From positions 1,225 through 65,224 of the forward strand of contig JAQCFG010000001.1 of assembly GCA_027618255.1 (NCBI GenBank): a DNA stretch of 64,000 bases. Reading direction: 5' to 3'. The stretch comes from Cyanobacteriota bacterium (GTDB lineage Bacteria; Cyanobacteriota; Vampirovibrionia; LMEP-6097). Position numbers and translations under genes: made by a program. This document shows, in pieces, positions 39,799 through 50,390 of this stretch; the stretch's first letter is position 1; each line of letters starts with the position of its first letter. Under the pieces are notes generated by a model. It saw only the letters and a list, made by a program, of their open reading frames with translations, was not told where the DNA came from and did not search any database.

Positions 39799-40773
39799 TT
39801 GTCGTTAAGCTATGATGAGATAGAGACTTTGATTACTGTCGTTGAGATGGGTAGCTTTAGAGCAGCCGGGCTCAAATTGCACAAAGCACAATCATCTATC
39901 AGTTATTCAATTAAAAAAATAGAAACTGACCTAAGAGTCAGAATTTTTGATCGTGACGGACAGAAAGCTAGTCTCACTGAAGCCGGCAAAGTTGTTTATA
40001 ATAAATCACTTGCTATTTACAAAATCAATCAAGAGATAAGTGCCTTTGGTCAATCTCTTGTTGGTGGAGTTGAAACCAAAATCAATTTGGTAGTTTCAGC
40101 CGTAACACCAACTCCTGTCTTGATGGAGATCTTTAAAGAATTCAACTCTGCCTACCCGCAAACAAGTATAGAACTGATATTCAAAACATTTGGAGAGCCG
40201 ACCGAGATGCTGATGGCAGGTGAAGCTGACTTAGTTGTCACTTCATGCAAAACACATATCAACACAACTGAAAGATATAAATGGAACACAATTGAATTCT
40301 TGCCGGTGACAAGCGCTGATCATGAAGCTGCAAATCCAGAACTTGCTGAAGAAGAATTACATAATCTCACTTACTTAGTTGTTGGTGGTAGATCCACTCT
40401 AGCTAAAAAGCTGCCAGCATCAGTAGTAGAGAATGCCAATGTTTGGAATATTACTGATTTTTTGATTAAAAAAGAACTGCTTATTAATGGTCTAGGTTGG
40501 GGTTATATGCCTAGGCAACTAATCGCAAGAGAATTAAATGAAGAACTATTAGTTAAAGTACCAGCCAAAAACATCATGTACAAACAACTTGATTTAGTTC
40601 GCAAAGAATCTCCTTATCATGGTAAAGCAAGTCAGTTTCTTTGGACTTTGTTTTTAAAATACTGCAATAATACAAATCCAAAGCCACTAGCAATAGATTT
40701 CAAAAGAGCTAAGCACGCATGGGCAGGACTAAATTCTCAACATATTTTGCAATCAAATCAATTTCCAGGTTAA
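39799..40773 (+). CDS. LysR-family transcriptional regulator
   Basis: The N-terminal HTH IETLITVVEMGSFRAAGLKLHKAQSSISYSIKKIE is typical of LysR. Confidence 0.7.
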   Translation: MSLSYDEIETLITVVEMGSFRAAGLKLHKAQSSISYSIKKIETDLRVRIFDRDGQKASLTEAGKVVYNKSLAIYKINQEISAFGQSLVGGVETKINLVVSAVTPTPVLMEIFKEFNSAYPQTSIELIFKTFGEPTEMLMAGEADLVVTSCKTHINTTERYKWNTIEFLPVTSADHEAANPELAEEELHNLTYLVVGGRSTLAKKLPASVVENANVWNITDFLIKKELLINGLGWGYMPRQLIARELNEELLVKVPAKNIMYKQLDLVRKESPYHGKASQFLWTLFLKYCNNTNPKPLAIDFKRAKHAWAGLNSQHILQSNQFPG

Positions 40774-41305
40774 GACTAGAACCCAGTTCCAACTTAGACA
40801 AGTTGGTCATCTCCCATGTTTTCGGAATGATACAAACCTTGACTTGATTGCCATTAATTGCAGCAACAGTAAGGCTGATACCATTAAAACAAATCGATCC
40901 TTTGTGGATTACATACTTGGTTGACTCTGCAGGGATTTCGATTATTAACTCATAACTACCATCAACAGACTCCACACTAATCAAACGCGCAACAGCATCC
41001 ACGTGCCCTTGAACTATATGACCGCCTAATCGATCACTCGCTCTCAAACATCTTTCAAGATTGACTTGAGTGCCTGGTTTATAATTATTGAAATTGGTTA
41101 GCTTGAGGGTCTCATCAATAGCAGTTACCTCAAAGCACTGAGACTCAATCTTAGTAACAGTCTGACATACCCCATCAATCGCAATACTGTCCCCAAGCTT
41201 CATGTCTTCAAGCACGAGTCTAGCTGCAACTTCTATATTCAAGTTGCTTCCTGCTCTTTCAAGTTTGCTTATAATGCCTTGTTCTTCTATTAATCCGGTG
41301 AACAT
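40709..41305 (-). CDS. ribE: Riboflavin synthase alpha subunit
   Basis: MFTGLIEEQG N-terminus and a duplicated lumazine-binding repeat. Confidence 0.8.
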   Translation of the reverse strand: MFTGLIEEQGIISKLERAGSNLNIEVAARLVLEDMKLGDSIAIDGVCQTVTKIESQCFEVTAIDETLKLTNFNNYKPGTQVNLERCLRASDRLGGHIVQGHVDAVARLISVESVDGSYELIIEIPAESTKYVIHKGSICFNGISLTVAAINGNQVKVCIIPKTWEMTNLSKLELGSSLNLEIDLIAKYVENLVLPMRA

Positions 41306-41306
41306 A

Positions 41307-41963
41307 TTAAATAACTTTGGCAGTCTTAATATGAACTGGATTAGCAGTCCCGTCAGAACCTGGTGAAGGTGGCACGTTTTCTTTCATTATAAGGTGCACT
41401 ACATCCATTCCACTAACTACTTGTCCAAATACAGCATATCCATAAGGATCAGAACCGCCTGGATTTAAAAATGGTTGCGGTCCAAGATCAATAAAGAACT
41501 GTGAGCTTGCTGAATTAGGATCTGAAGTTCTTGCCATCGCTACTATACCCGCTTTATTGTGTGGGTGCTTACCTGTCCATTCATGCTTAATATATCTTGT
41601 CTTCTTAGTTTCTGGATCAACGAAGTTACCAGTACCGTTGCCAAGCGGGCAACCACCCTGAATCATGAAACCAGAAATTAATCTATGAAAAGTCAAACCA
41701 TTATAGAACTTACGCTCTACAAGATCTTTGAAATTGCCAGCAGTAATCGGTGCATCATCCATAAACAACTCGATTTGGATTTCGCCCTTGTCTGTTTCTA
41801 ATGAAACAACTGGGTTTGCTTTTGTTTGCTCTTTGGCAACTTGTTCTATTAATTCTGATGTCATATCTTTCTTTTCCTTCTTTATTTCTTGAGCTATGCT
41901 GTAACCTGCAAAACCAAGCATAAGTACAAGCGCTAAAATCCATGTTTTCAATTTCATAATCAA
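41307..41963 (-). CDS. Cyclophilin-type peptidyl-prolyl cis-trans isomerase, secreted
   Basis: Signal peptide plus FHRLISGFMIQGGCPLGNGTG. Confidence 0.8.
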   Translation of the reverse strand: MIMKLKTWILALVLMLGFAGYSIAQEIKKEKKDMTSELIEQVAKEQTKANPVVSLETDKGEIQIELFMDDAPITAGNFKDLVERKFYNGLTFHRLISGFMIQGGCPLGNGTGNFVDPETKKTRYIKHEWTGKHPHNKAGIVAMARTSDPNSASSQFFIDLGPQPFLNPGGSDPYGYAVFGQVVSGMDVVHLIMKENVPPSPGSDGTANPVHIKTAKVI

Positions 41964-41978
41964 ATTATAACGCCAAAA

Positions 41979-42440
41979 CTACGCTGTGGGAGTTGCAGTT
42001 TCTTTTTTAGCTTTGGGCTTAGATTCTTTGTTCTCTTGGTCAATAAGTTTTTGTTTAAAATCTTTGGCGATACGCGATGAATCTTCACGCAATCTAGTTG
42101 ACTTAGTACCAACACGGTTACGCATGTAATACAACTTAGCTCTTCTCGCTTTACCTTTACGGAGTACTTTCAGTTCAACTACTTTTGGTGAGTGCACCAT
42201 GAAAGTACGTTCAATTGCAATTCCTTGAAAAGTTCTTCTGACAGTAAATGACTTATTGATACCACCACCCTTGATAGCGATAACCATTCCTTCAAAATTC
42301 TGAGTACGTTCTTTAGTACCCTCACGAATCAATACCTTGACACAAACATTGTCACCAACTTGAAAATCAGTAAAATCTGTTTTCAGTTGGCTGGCTTCTA
42401 TTTTTCTTAGGGTTTCTTGGCTCATACAGCTGGTAATCAT
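41979..42440 (-). CDS. rplS: 50S ribosomal protein L19 with a Lys-rich C-terminal extension
   Basis: FQVGDNVCVKVLIREGTKERTQNFEGMVIAIKGGG matches the L19 core. Confidence 0.85.
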   Translation of the reverse strand: MITSCMSQETLRKIEASQLKTDFTDFQVGDNVCVKVLIREGTKERTQNFEGMVIAIKGGGINKSFTVRRTFQGIAIERTFMVHSPKVVELKVLRKGKARRAKLYYMRNRVGTKSTRLREDSSRIAKDFKQKLIDQENKESKPKAKKETATPTA

Positions 42441-42492
42441 AGCAAATCTGGAGCTTGCTGCGTCTTGTTAATACTTAAAAAACCCTAAGAAT

Positions 42493-42559
42493 ATAAAGTT
42501 TTGCCATGAATTTAACTTACTGGGCTGCAAGCAACCGAGTTTTCACTAGATTCGGAATA
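42493..42559. repeat. Dispersed intergenic repeat, compact copy (ataaagttttgccatgaatttaa ... gggctgcaagcaaccgagttttcactagattcggaata)
   Basis: Both halves recur at 59145..59167 and 59386..59425 with about 90% identity. Confidence 0.7.
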
Positions 42560-43538
42560 GGCTAGACAAGAGCTTTGGATCGATATTTCCACCTGAAATA
42601 ATCAAACCAGCCCTAGAAATACCATCCAATGGCACTTTTCCCTTCATTAAAGCGGCGACAACTAAGGCAGAACTAGGTTCTATCACGATTTTCATCCGTT
42701 CTATCACATAACTAAGCGCCTCGATGATCTCAGCTTCACTGATCAAAATCACCCCATCCATTTGGTCCTTGAGTATCTCAAAAGGCAGCTTACCTGGCGT
42801 GCATAATGAAACCCCATCTGCAATAGTTTTGGGGGCCGGAATGGACATACGCTTGCCGGCTTTAATCGACAAATCCCAGTCATTAGCGACTTCTGGTTCA
42901 ACTCCATAAACCTTGATCTTGGGATTATAAGCGCGTGCTGCAATCATAGTGCCAGACAACAAACCGCCACCACCAAGCGGAGTCATAATTAAATCCAAAT
43001 CAGGAATCTCGTGCATCAATTCAAGAGCTGCTGTTCCTTGCCCCGCTATAATATCGGGATCATCATAACCATGAATCAAAGTCACACCTTGCTCTATCAA
43101 TCTTGTTGCAAGATCATCTCTATCATCTTTTTCACGATCAAAAAATTCTAACTTTGCTCCGTAACCAGCAGTCGCCTCGATCTTGCTTGGCGGCGCATCT
43201 TCTGGTAAATAAATAGTAACTGGCACTCCCAATAACTTGGCAGCAAGCGCAACTCCCTGCGAATGATTCCCTGAAGAAATTGCAACGATACCTTTCTGCT
43301 GGAGTTCAGGATTATTACTAAGTCTTTTGGCGATGCAATTATAAGCACCTCTGAATTTAAAAGCACCAACTCGCTGAAAATTTTCACACTTGAGAAAGAC
43401 CTGAACCCCACAAATCTCACTGAGATTACGAGAAGTCATCACTGGAGTTTTGTTAGCGACACCCTTGAGCCTGTTGACTGCTGCAACAACGTCATCGAAA
43501 GTAACCATGATTTGATCAGTGTTTGACATTGAGTTCAT
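42546..43538 (-). CDS. Threonine/serine dehydratase (PLP-dependent, IlvA-like short form)
   Basis: KCENFQRVGAFKFRGAYN PLP-lysine motif and GGGGL glycine loop. Confidence 0.7.
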   Translation of the reverse strand: MNSMSNTDQIMVTFDDVVAAVNRLKGVANKTPVMTSRNLSEICGVQVFLKCENFQRVGAFKFRGAYNCIAKRLSNNPELQQKGIVAISSGNHSQGVALAAKLLGVPVTIYLPEDAPPSKIEATAGYGAKLEFFDREKDDRDDLATRLIEQGVTLIHGYDDPDIIAGQGTAALELMHEIPDLDLIMTPLGGGGLLSGTMIAARAYNPKIKVYGVEPEVANDWDLSIKAGKRMSIPAPKTIADGVSLCTPGKLPFEILKDQMDGVILISEAEIIEALSYVIERMKIVIEPSSALVVAALMKGKVPLDGISRAGLIISGGNIDPKLLSSLFRI

Positions 43539-43550
43539 TATAGCAAAGCA

Positions 43551-44651
43551 TTAGCTCTCGTCACCAATTGCATCAAGAAAATTATCCACGGTATCTCTGT
43601 TTACAGGTAAATTGAATTGCGCTAGAGCTAGATCTTTTGCTTCCATAAATTTAGCTAACATTTCAGTAAAAAAATTACGGAAATTCTGTTTCAATTCTTC
43701 TGGTACAGTATCTTGTAATTTACAAATTGCTAATGACACCAGAGCTTGAAAACCGAATGCATTTAGTAGCGCTTCTGCTAAGTTTTTACGCGGCATAGGT
43801 TTATAGTCATCTTCAGAGCTAAGTTTTGGCTCCTTAAATTCAGCCTCTAATCTAGTTATTGAACCAGGCTGTTTTGCCAAGTGCAAAACAAGTTCAAAAA
43901 AATTATCATCAAGTAAGCTCTTTGGAGTTATAGAAGGATAGGCTAACATACAATAAAGTATTTTAAACAAGTCATCTTGACTATACCTCTTCGTCATAAG
44001 GTCAAAATCAACATCACGCATAATAATTCCCAATAATCGTGAAACAACTGGTGCTGAATTAGACTTTAAGGCCTCATCTAAAAAACTTTGTAACGAATCT
44101 CGATTATAATGTGCACAAATCATATAAGCGCTTGTAGCCAAAGCTCTTTGTCTATGAGCAAGATTGGTATTCAAGGCAAGATTTTTCAATTCAGCTAGAA
44201 CCTCATTCTTATCATGATCAAGGAAACTTACAAATTGATTCAAGGTTGTATAATCATTGCTGATGCCAAGCAAAACTTTTTGAGCTATCTCCCATTCTGG
44301 TTGAATGTCAAAATGCATAAAGTATTTTGCAAGAAAATATGCTGATCGCTGATTAGAACTAGGATCATCTAAACTAGCCTTTATCAATTCTTGAATAGTA
44401 TCAATGTCGGGTCTGCTTAGAACTTCTTCTGTCAAAATAGTAATTTGCTGCTTACTGAAATTCCCTGTTAGAAATACTTCACTAACATGCTCACTTGAAT
44501 AACTACTCAGCCCTAAATCATCGTTCCCATGATGTAAAGCCTTAACACTTGATTCCAAATCATCGTGAAGCCTAGCAAATCTATTTTTATCGCCTGGACT
44601 TAAACTGACAATTTTATTCGGGTCAACTATTGTTTGAACTAACTCAATCAC
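43551..44651 (-). CDS. Hypothetical alpha-helical protein
   Basis: 366 aa with no recognisable motifs. Confidence 0.4.
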   Translation of the reverse strand: MIELVQTIVDPNKIVSLSPGDKNRFARLHDDLESSVKALHHGNDDLGLSSYSSEHVSEVFLTGNFSKQQITILTEEVLSRPDIDTIQELIKASLDDPSSNQRSAYFLAKYFMHFDIQPEWEIAQKVLLGISNDYTTLNQFVSFLDHDKNEVLAELKNLALNTNLAHRQRALATSAYMICAHYNRDSLQSFLDEALKSNSAPVVSRLLGIIMRDVDFDLMTKRYSQDDLFKILYCMLAYPSITPKSLLDDNFFELVLHLAKQPGSITRLEAEFKEPKLSSEDDYKPMPRKNLAEALLNAFGFQALVSLAICKLQDTVPEELKQNFRNFFTEMLAKFMEAKDLALAQFNLPVNRDTVDNFLDAIGDES

Positions 44652-44707
44652 AGATCACAATCTTAACATAATATCAATAGTAATTGGCAAGTCTTTTATT
44701 AAATATT

Positions 44708-46540
44708 TTAGTCTGGGTCAACTAACTTAAGATGAAGCTCATCAAGCTGCTCTTGATCTGTTTCTGACGGTGCAGAAGACAGTGGACAAAAAGCACTTTG
44801 ATTCTTAGGAAAAGCAATGACATCACGAATAGTCTCTGAGCCAGTCAAGAGCATCACAAAACGATCCAGTCCAAGTGCGATTCCACCGTGAGGCGGTGCA
44901 CCGAGTTCAAGCGCTTCAAGCAAGAAACCAAATCTTGCTTGTGCATTCTCATCACTAATACCGAGTGCTTTAAAGATACGTCTCTGTACATCCATCTTGT
45001 GGACTCTGATAGAACCACCACCAAGCTCAACACCGTTGAAAATAATGTCGTAAGCATTAGTTCTAACATTGGCTGGATCAGTTTCTAATTTATCAAGATC
45101 TTCTTCAACAGGCATGGTGAATGGATGATGATTTGCTTTAAAACGTTTTGATTTGTCATCCCATTCAAACATCGGAAAATCTACAACCCAAACTAATTTA
45201 ATATCACGTGAATCAAGCAAGTCTTCATTTCGAGCAATTTGTAAACGCAACTTACCCAGTACATGCTGTACTAGCTTGGCTTTATCAGCAACAAACAGTA
45301 GTACATCTCCTGCCTCTGCTTTGCAAAGCTCTGTAATTTGCTCAAGCTCTTCTTCTTTAAAAAATTTGGCGATTGGAGAAGCGATCTCATAGCCGCCCTC
45401 TTCATCAGTAGGCTTGTAAGTAACCCAAGCAAGGCCTTTAGCCCCATACTCTGAGCTCATAGCAAGATCACGCAAGTCATCAATATCTTTACGACTGAGC
45501 TTCGCTCCGCCTTTGTAGTTGATCGCATTAACTATGCCACCGTCTTTGGCAACAGAAGCAAATGCTTGAAACTCTGAACCAGCCATAATTTCACTAAGGT
45601 CAACTAGCTCCATATCAAAACGGAGATCTGGTTTATCAGAACCAAAACGGCTCATCGCATCAGTGTGAGTGATACGTTCAAACGGTGCTTCAACTTCAAC
45701 ACCCATCACTTCAAAAGCAACCTTGATCAGTCCTTCTGTCGCAGACATGACTTCTTCTTGAGTAACAAAGCTCATCTCCAAGTCGATTTGAGTAAACTCA
45801 GGTTGTCTATCAGAACGAAGATCTTCATCACGAAAACATCTAGCAACTTGATAGTACTTGTCAAAGCCACTCATCATAAGCAATTGCTTATAGAGCTGCG
45901 GCGATTGCGGCAAAGCATAAAAATTGTTTGGGTGCACTCTACTTGGAACTAAGTAGTCTCTTGCACCTTCAGGTGTTGACTTAGAAAGTATCGGTGTTTC
46001 GATATCTAAAAAGTATTCACTGTTAAGATAGTTTCTCATCGCATGAACAATCTTGTGTCTATTGATGATGTTCTCGCGTTTCTTTTCATTACGCAGCTCT
46101 AGGTAACGGTATCTAAGTCTCAGATCTTCATTAACTTCTTCTGCTAAATCAATCTGGAAAGGTAGAACCTTACAAGTGTTGAGGATCTCAACTTCAGTTG
46201 GATAGATTTCAACAGCACCAGATTTAATAGAAGTATTTTGAGAACCTTCTGGTCGAATAGTAACTGGTCCCTTACAAGAAATTACATACTCCGTTTTTAC
46301 CTTCTCAAAAATCTTGTGTGCTTCTGGATTTTTAGTAGGGTCAGTTACAACTTGAATTGTGCCCTTGTGATCTCTAAGATCGATAAAAATGATTCCACCA
46401 AGATCTCTTGCTGTTTCAACCCAACCTGCAACAATTGCTTCCTGTCCGGCACTAGCTTCAGTCAATGAAGCTGAACTATGGGTTCTTTTTAAACTAGTCG
46501 AGCCTTGCACTTTCATTTTTACTTTGGTTACTGTTTTCAC
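44708..46540 (-). CDS. aspS: Aspartyl-tRNA synthetase
   Basis: Class II aaRS motifs, full length (610 aa), N-terminal OB fold. Confidence 0.9.
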   Translation of the reverse strand: MKTVTKVKMKVQGSTSLKRTHSSASLTEASAGQEAIVAGWVETARDLGGIIFIDLRDHKGTIQVVTDPTKNPEAHKIFEKVKTEYVISCKGPVTIRPEGSQNTSIKSGAVEIYPTEVEILNTCKVLPFQIDLAEEVNEDLRLRYRYLELRNEKKRENIINRHKIVHAMRNYLNSEYFLDIETPILSKSTPEGARDYLVPSRVHPNNFYALPQSPQLYKQLLMMSGFDKYYQVARCFRDEDLRSDRQPEFTQIDLEMSFVTQEEVMSATEGLIKVAFEVMGVEVEAPFERITHTDAMSRFGSDKPDLRFDMELVDLSEIMAGSEFQAFASVAKDGGIVNAINYKGGAKLSRKDIDDLRDLAMSSEYGAKGLAWVTYKPTDEEGGYEIASPIAKFFKEEELEQITELCKAEAGDVLLFVADKAKLVQHVLGKLRLQIARNEDLLDSRDIKLVWVVDFPMFEWDDKSKRFKANHHPFTMPVEEDLDKLETDPANVRTNAYDIIFNGVELGGGSIRVHKMDVQRRIFKALGISDENAQARFGFLLEALELGAPPHGGIALGLDRFVMLLTGSETIRDVIAFPKNQSAFCPLSSAPSETDQEQLDELHLKLVDPD

Positions 46541-46693
46541 AGCTTCCTATTCTACTATGCCCTTTTCCCACCCGTACCTAGTAGTTCACAATTCTACAGA
46601 TAATTTCAATAATTAAAATCATCATTAATCCCCTGAACTCGTAGTCCATACAGGAAATTATCTGCAGAATTATGACATACCAGGTACGGGTGG

Positions 46694-47962
46694 CTAAAGA
46701 ACCCGTATCACACTCTCAACAGCCTTAATAGAGTCCATCGCTTCAAGATCTTTGACAATCTCTCTTAATTCTTTCTCTTGGATAGGGTCAATAATAAAAT
46801 CCGCATGTGCTTCTGAACCATGCACATCATATTGATCAATAAATTTAACATTGGCATTATGTTTAAACAAAGTCTCACCAAGATCACGCAAAACCCCAAG
46901 TTTGTCATGCATCGATATTCTGATATAAAAAGAATTCTCGATTTCATCAATATTTTTCAATTCTGCTGCTTCCGTAAAATTGGAGATTTGCAAGGGATTT
47001 GGTTCTGAAGACTCTTGTGAAATCAAAATCAAAATGTCGCCAGCCACTGAACTAGCTGTCGGCAAGGAACCAGCACCCTTGCCAATTAAAGTGATCGTAC
47101 CTGAAGCATCTCCCTTAACCAAAATTGCATTATTTTCCATCGATACATTAGCAAGTGGATTATCACGTGGCACAAAAACCGGATGTACTCTTGCGTCTAA
47201 TTTATCATCATTATTAAAAATCATTCCAAGCAATTTAATTTCATAACCACGCTTGTGTGCCGAATTAATATCCATCTTGGTGATCTTGCTTATACCTTCG
47301 CGATAGACCTTGTTTACATCAACCCGCTTACCAGAAATAATTGAAGCTAAGATCGCAACTTTGTAAGCTGCATCATGCCCGTCAATATCATTAGTAGGGT
47401 CAGCCTCTGCAAAACCAAGTTCTTGAGCAGCCTTGAGCACTTCAGCAAAGGGTTTGCCTTCTTTTTTCATGACATCAAGAATGTAATTTGTGGTTCCGTT
47501 AAGTATTCCTTGCAAGCAAATAATTTTGTTTGCAGCAAGACTTTGTTTCAAAGTTGTAATAATTGGAATGCCGCCAGCTACCGCTGCTTCATACATAATG
47601 GTGCGCTGATGTTTTGCAGCTGCGATAAATAAATCATCCCCTTCAAGAGCCAGCAAGTCCTTATTGGCAGTAACAATATTTTTACCATTTCCAAGTGCCT
47701 TAATTAAGTGCTTCTTGGTCTGCTCGACTCCGCCCATTAATTCAACAACAATACTGATACTAGAGTCGGTTAAAACATCATCTATATTCCAAGTAAAAAT
47801 ACCGAGATCCAAGCCCAAATCTTTGGCAATTTCGCTTGCACGTTTTTCATTACGAACAAAAATCTTGGCAATTTGAACCTGCTTATGATTATTGAGTATT
47901 TTCACTAAGCCTGAACCAACAGTTCCACAGCCAAGTAATCCAATTTTAATTTTGGAGGACAT
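46694..47962 (-). CDS. hom: Homoserine dehydrogenase with a C-terminal ACT domain
   Basis: IGLLGCGTVGSG Rossmann motif and central Hom domain. Confidence 0.8.
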   Translation of the reverse strand: MSSKIKIGLLGCGTVGSGLVKILNNHKQVQIAKIFVRNEKRASEIAKDLGLDLGIFTWNIDDVLTDSSISIVVELMGGVEQTKKHLIKALGNGKNIVTANKDLLALEGDDLFIAAAKHQRTIMYEAAVAGGIPIITTLKQSLAANKIICLQGILNGTTNYILDVMKKEGKPFAEVLKAAQELGFAEADPTNDIDGHDAAYKVAILASIISGKRVDVNKVYREGISKITKMDINSAHKRGYEIKLLGMIFNNDDKLDARVHPVFVPRDNPLANVSMENNAILVKGDASGTITLIGKGAGSLPTASSVAGDILILISQESSEPNPLQISNFTEAAELKNIDEIENSFYIRISMHDKLGVLRDLGETLFKHNANVKFIDQYDVHGSEAHADFIIDPIQEKELREIVKDLEAMDSIKAVESVIRVL

Positions 47963-48172
47963 GAATCATATTATAACCATAGTCACTTAAGCCTAGTTAG
48001 AACACCTATTTTTGGCAAAGAATTGAAAATAATCAAGGTTTTTCAATGGTTTTCACCTAGCCGCATAACGCTTACTTAACCTGTATCGGGTATATTAAAA
48101 CTAACAAGAAGGCATATAAGAGTTTTTGACATAGGCGTCGAAAGTTTTTGTACAGCTTAAAGGAGGTGCTAT

Positions 48173-48370
48173 ATGCATTTAATTAACTTGATCTCATCAC
48201 TACTCTTAGTAGTAGGAGCATTGAATTGGGGATTAGTAGGAATCCTTGATATCAACATAGTAGAAATGCTATTTGGTAGTTTCGGAATGGTAGTTGATTT
48301 AGTTTACGGACTAATTGGACTTTCATCTATACACTACATCATGCAGGGTAAATTATTCCCTGTTCAATAA
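48173..48370 (+). CDS. DUF378-family small membrane protein
   Basis: GALNWGLVGILD signature; an AGGAGG Shine-Dalgarno lies upstream. Confidence 0.6.
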   Translation: MHLINLISSLLLVVGALNWGLVGILDINIVEMLFGSFGMVVDLVYGLIGLSSIHYIMQGKLFPVQ

Positions 48371-48507
48371 TAAACACGAACAATCAATCACTCAAATTTG
48401 GTAGAGTTATTGCGGACCCATTTATGGGTTTCGAAAGAACTCTAATAAACAATGAAAGCCTCAGCTTAGTCTGAGGCTTTTGCTTTGCTTACCAATTTTG
48501 ATGTAGA

Positions 48508-49281
48508 ATGCAGTTAGTGGGCTTTGTTAGCATACAAAAAAATATTGAAGAAGTACTCGCTCTTGTGGGCAGAGCAGCAAGCAACTTTGCACAAATTACT
48601 TATGCAATTGCTTGGGGCAGATTCAATATTGCAAGTTTCTTTACAGAAGCGAATATTTTTGTTTATGGCGTTATTATTCCGGTCATGGTTATTTCAATAG
48701 CACTTGGAGTCGTGATTGGAGTTCAACTTGGACCAGAATTTGTCTCAAAAGGAATCGGCAGCAAGCTCGGTATTCTTTCAGCTTTAACAATGACTAGAGA
48801 ATTAATTCCCGTAGTTGGCTCTTTAATGATTGCAACTCAATACGGCACGGGGCTAGCAGCAGAACTTGCCAATATGCAAATTACCGAACAAATCGATGCG
48901 CTCAAAGTATTCAAAGTCAATCACCTCGAGTATTTAATAGTGCCTAAATTCTTGGCTGCGGTAATTTTTTCACCAATAATTATTTGGCTTGCAAGTATCG
49001 TTGCAGTAGCAAGTTCATACATAACAGTCTGGCTGACAGAAGACCTCAGCTTCAAAGGTTTTATGGGCAGCATCTGGTCCTATATCAAAATCTCCGACGT
49101 CACACTTTGCCTGATCAAATCAGCTGTCTTTGCTGCACTGATAATCATAATTGCAACCACGCTCGGGCTCAATGTCAAAGGTGGTGCCAAAGAAGTTGGT
49201 AAGGCAACTACATTGACTGTGATTCTGAGTTTTGTTGCTATTGTGGCTGTTGATTTTTTGATTACATCTGTGTATTTGTAA
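48508..49281 (+). CDS. MlaE-like ABC transporter permease
   Basis: LIPVVGSLMIATQYGTGLAAELANMQITEQIDALKV matches the MlaE/Tgd1 family. Confidence 0.6.
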   Translation: MQLVGFVSIQKNIEEVLALVGRAASNFAQITYAIAWGRFNIASFFTEANIFVYGVIIPVMVISIALGVVIGVQLGPEFVSKGIGSKLGILSALTMTRELIPVVGSLMIATQYGTGLAAELANMQITEQIDALKVFKVNHLEYLIVPKFLAAVIFSPIIIWLASIVAVASSYITVWLTEDLSFKGFMGSIWSYIKISDVTLCLIKSAVFAALIIIIATTLGLNVKGGAKEVGKATTLTVILSFVAIVAVDFLITSVYL

Positions 49282-49372
49282 AGTTTTGCCGGTCAATCCT
49301 CCGAGAGCAAGCTCTCTGTTTGCGCTTCGCTGCCTCTTCAAGTGGAAGATGTTAGAATCATAGGTACTTACG

Positions 49373-50023
49373 ATGCAAAACTACCCTCAACACTCAGACC
49401 AATTCACCAAGCTCTACGAGCTTTATACTGACTACAACTCACACACCAATATTTCTGCAATTAAAGACAAAGCCGAAGTCTATCAAAAACATTTTGAAGA
49501 TTCTTTGAGCATTGTGCCATTTCTTGAAAACACCGAAGCTAATGTCATAGACGTTGGTACTGGTGGTGGCTTCCCAGCTTTGCCGCTTGCAATTGTGCTC
49601 CCGCAAATAACTATCACAGCAATTGATGGCACTGGCAAAAAGATTAGATTTGTGGAGCTTGCAAAAGAAGAACTAGAACTTACAAATCTCACTGCAATTA
49701 CAGCAAGAGCAGAAGAACTGGCACACGACCAAAATCATCGCGAACAATATGATATGGCAATATCAAGAGCGGTAGCAGAACTCAGAATACTGCTTGAATA
49801 TACTTGCGCCTTTGTTAAACCCAATGGATTTATTATTGCCTTCAAAAAACAAGGTATCGAAGAAGAGATTGCCATGGCACAAGCTGCAATGCACGAACTT
49901 AGTCTCAAATTGATTCAACAAATTGATCAAGGTGATAAACAATTATTGGTTTTCAAAAAAACTGCCAAGACGACAGCACTTTATCCTCGGAGCAATAAAG
50001 AAATTAAAAACAAAACTCTTTAG
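49373..50023 (+). CDS. rsmG: 16S rRNA (guanine527-N7)-methyltransferase RsmG
   Basis: VIDVGTGGGFPALPLAIVLP SAM-binding motif. Confidence 0.8.
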   Translation: MQNYPQHSDQFTKLYELYTDYNSHTNISAIKDKAEVYQKHFEDSLSIVPFLENTEANVIDVGTGGGFPALPLAIVLPQITITAIDGTGKKIRFVELAKEELELTNLTAITARAEELAHDQNHREQYDMAISRAVAELRILLEYTCAFVKPNGFIIAFKKQGIEEEIAMAQAAMHELSLKLIQQIDQGDKQLLVFKKTAKTTALYPRSNKEIKNKTL

Positions 50024-50141
50024 CTCAATCATCTATCAAAGGGAGCTGGGACAAAATTCCACAGATAACGTTGAGATTCTCGATAAAAGCTTCACCATTA
50101 TGAACAAAATATAAATGCAGCACTCTAAATAGCCAACTTTG

Positions 50142-50147
50142 CTATAA
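50142..50147 (+). promoter_or_regulatory. Candidate -10 box (TATAAT) for tRNA-Met
   Basis: gctataatca lies 7 nt upstream of the tRNA 5' end. Confidence 0.4.
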
Positions 50148-50153
50148 TCATCC

Positions 50154-50230
<77 letters not shown>

Positions 50231-50390
50231 TTCGTCTTCGCTTGCGCTACGACGCAATCTGGCTCAAAACTCTAGATATAAATGTTATAAATAGTCGTAG
50301 CGTTAGCGAGACGAATGCCACGTTGAAGCAAAATCGCGTAGCGATGAAGTGAAAACGGGCAAAGCCGTTACATATATATTCAAAATATCA

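Noticed and set aside
40709-40773. 65-bp convergent overlap between the LysR regulator and ribE
   Set aside because: Both stops are fixed by the sequence. The LysR C-terminal ~24 aa are probably a non-conserved tail. I found nothing beyond the overlap itself, so I did not raise it to a finding.
46573-46693. 14-bp inverted pair (ccacccgtacctag / ccaggtacgggtgg) between hom and aspS
   Set aside because: The arms are 90 nt apart in a normal promoter/terminator intergenic region, and I found no second copy in the window. This is probably just regulatory structure.
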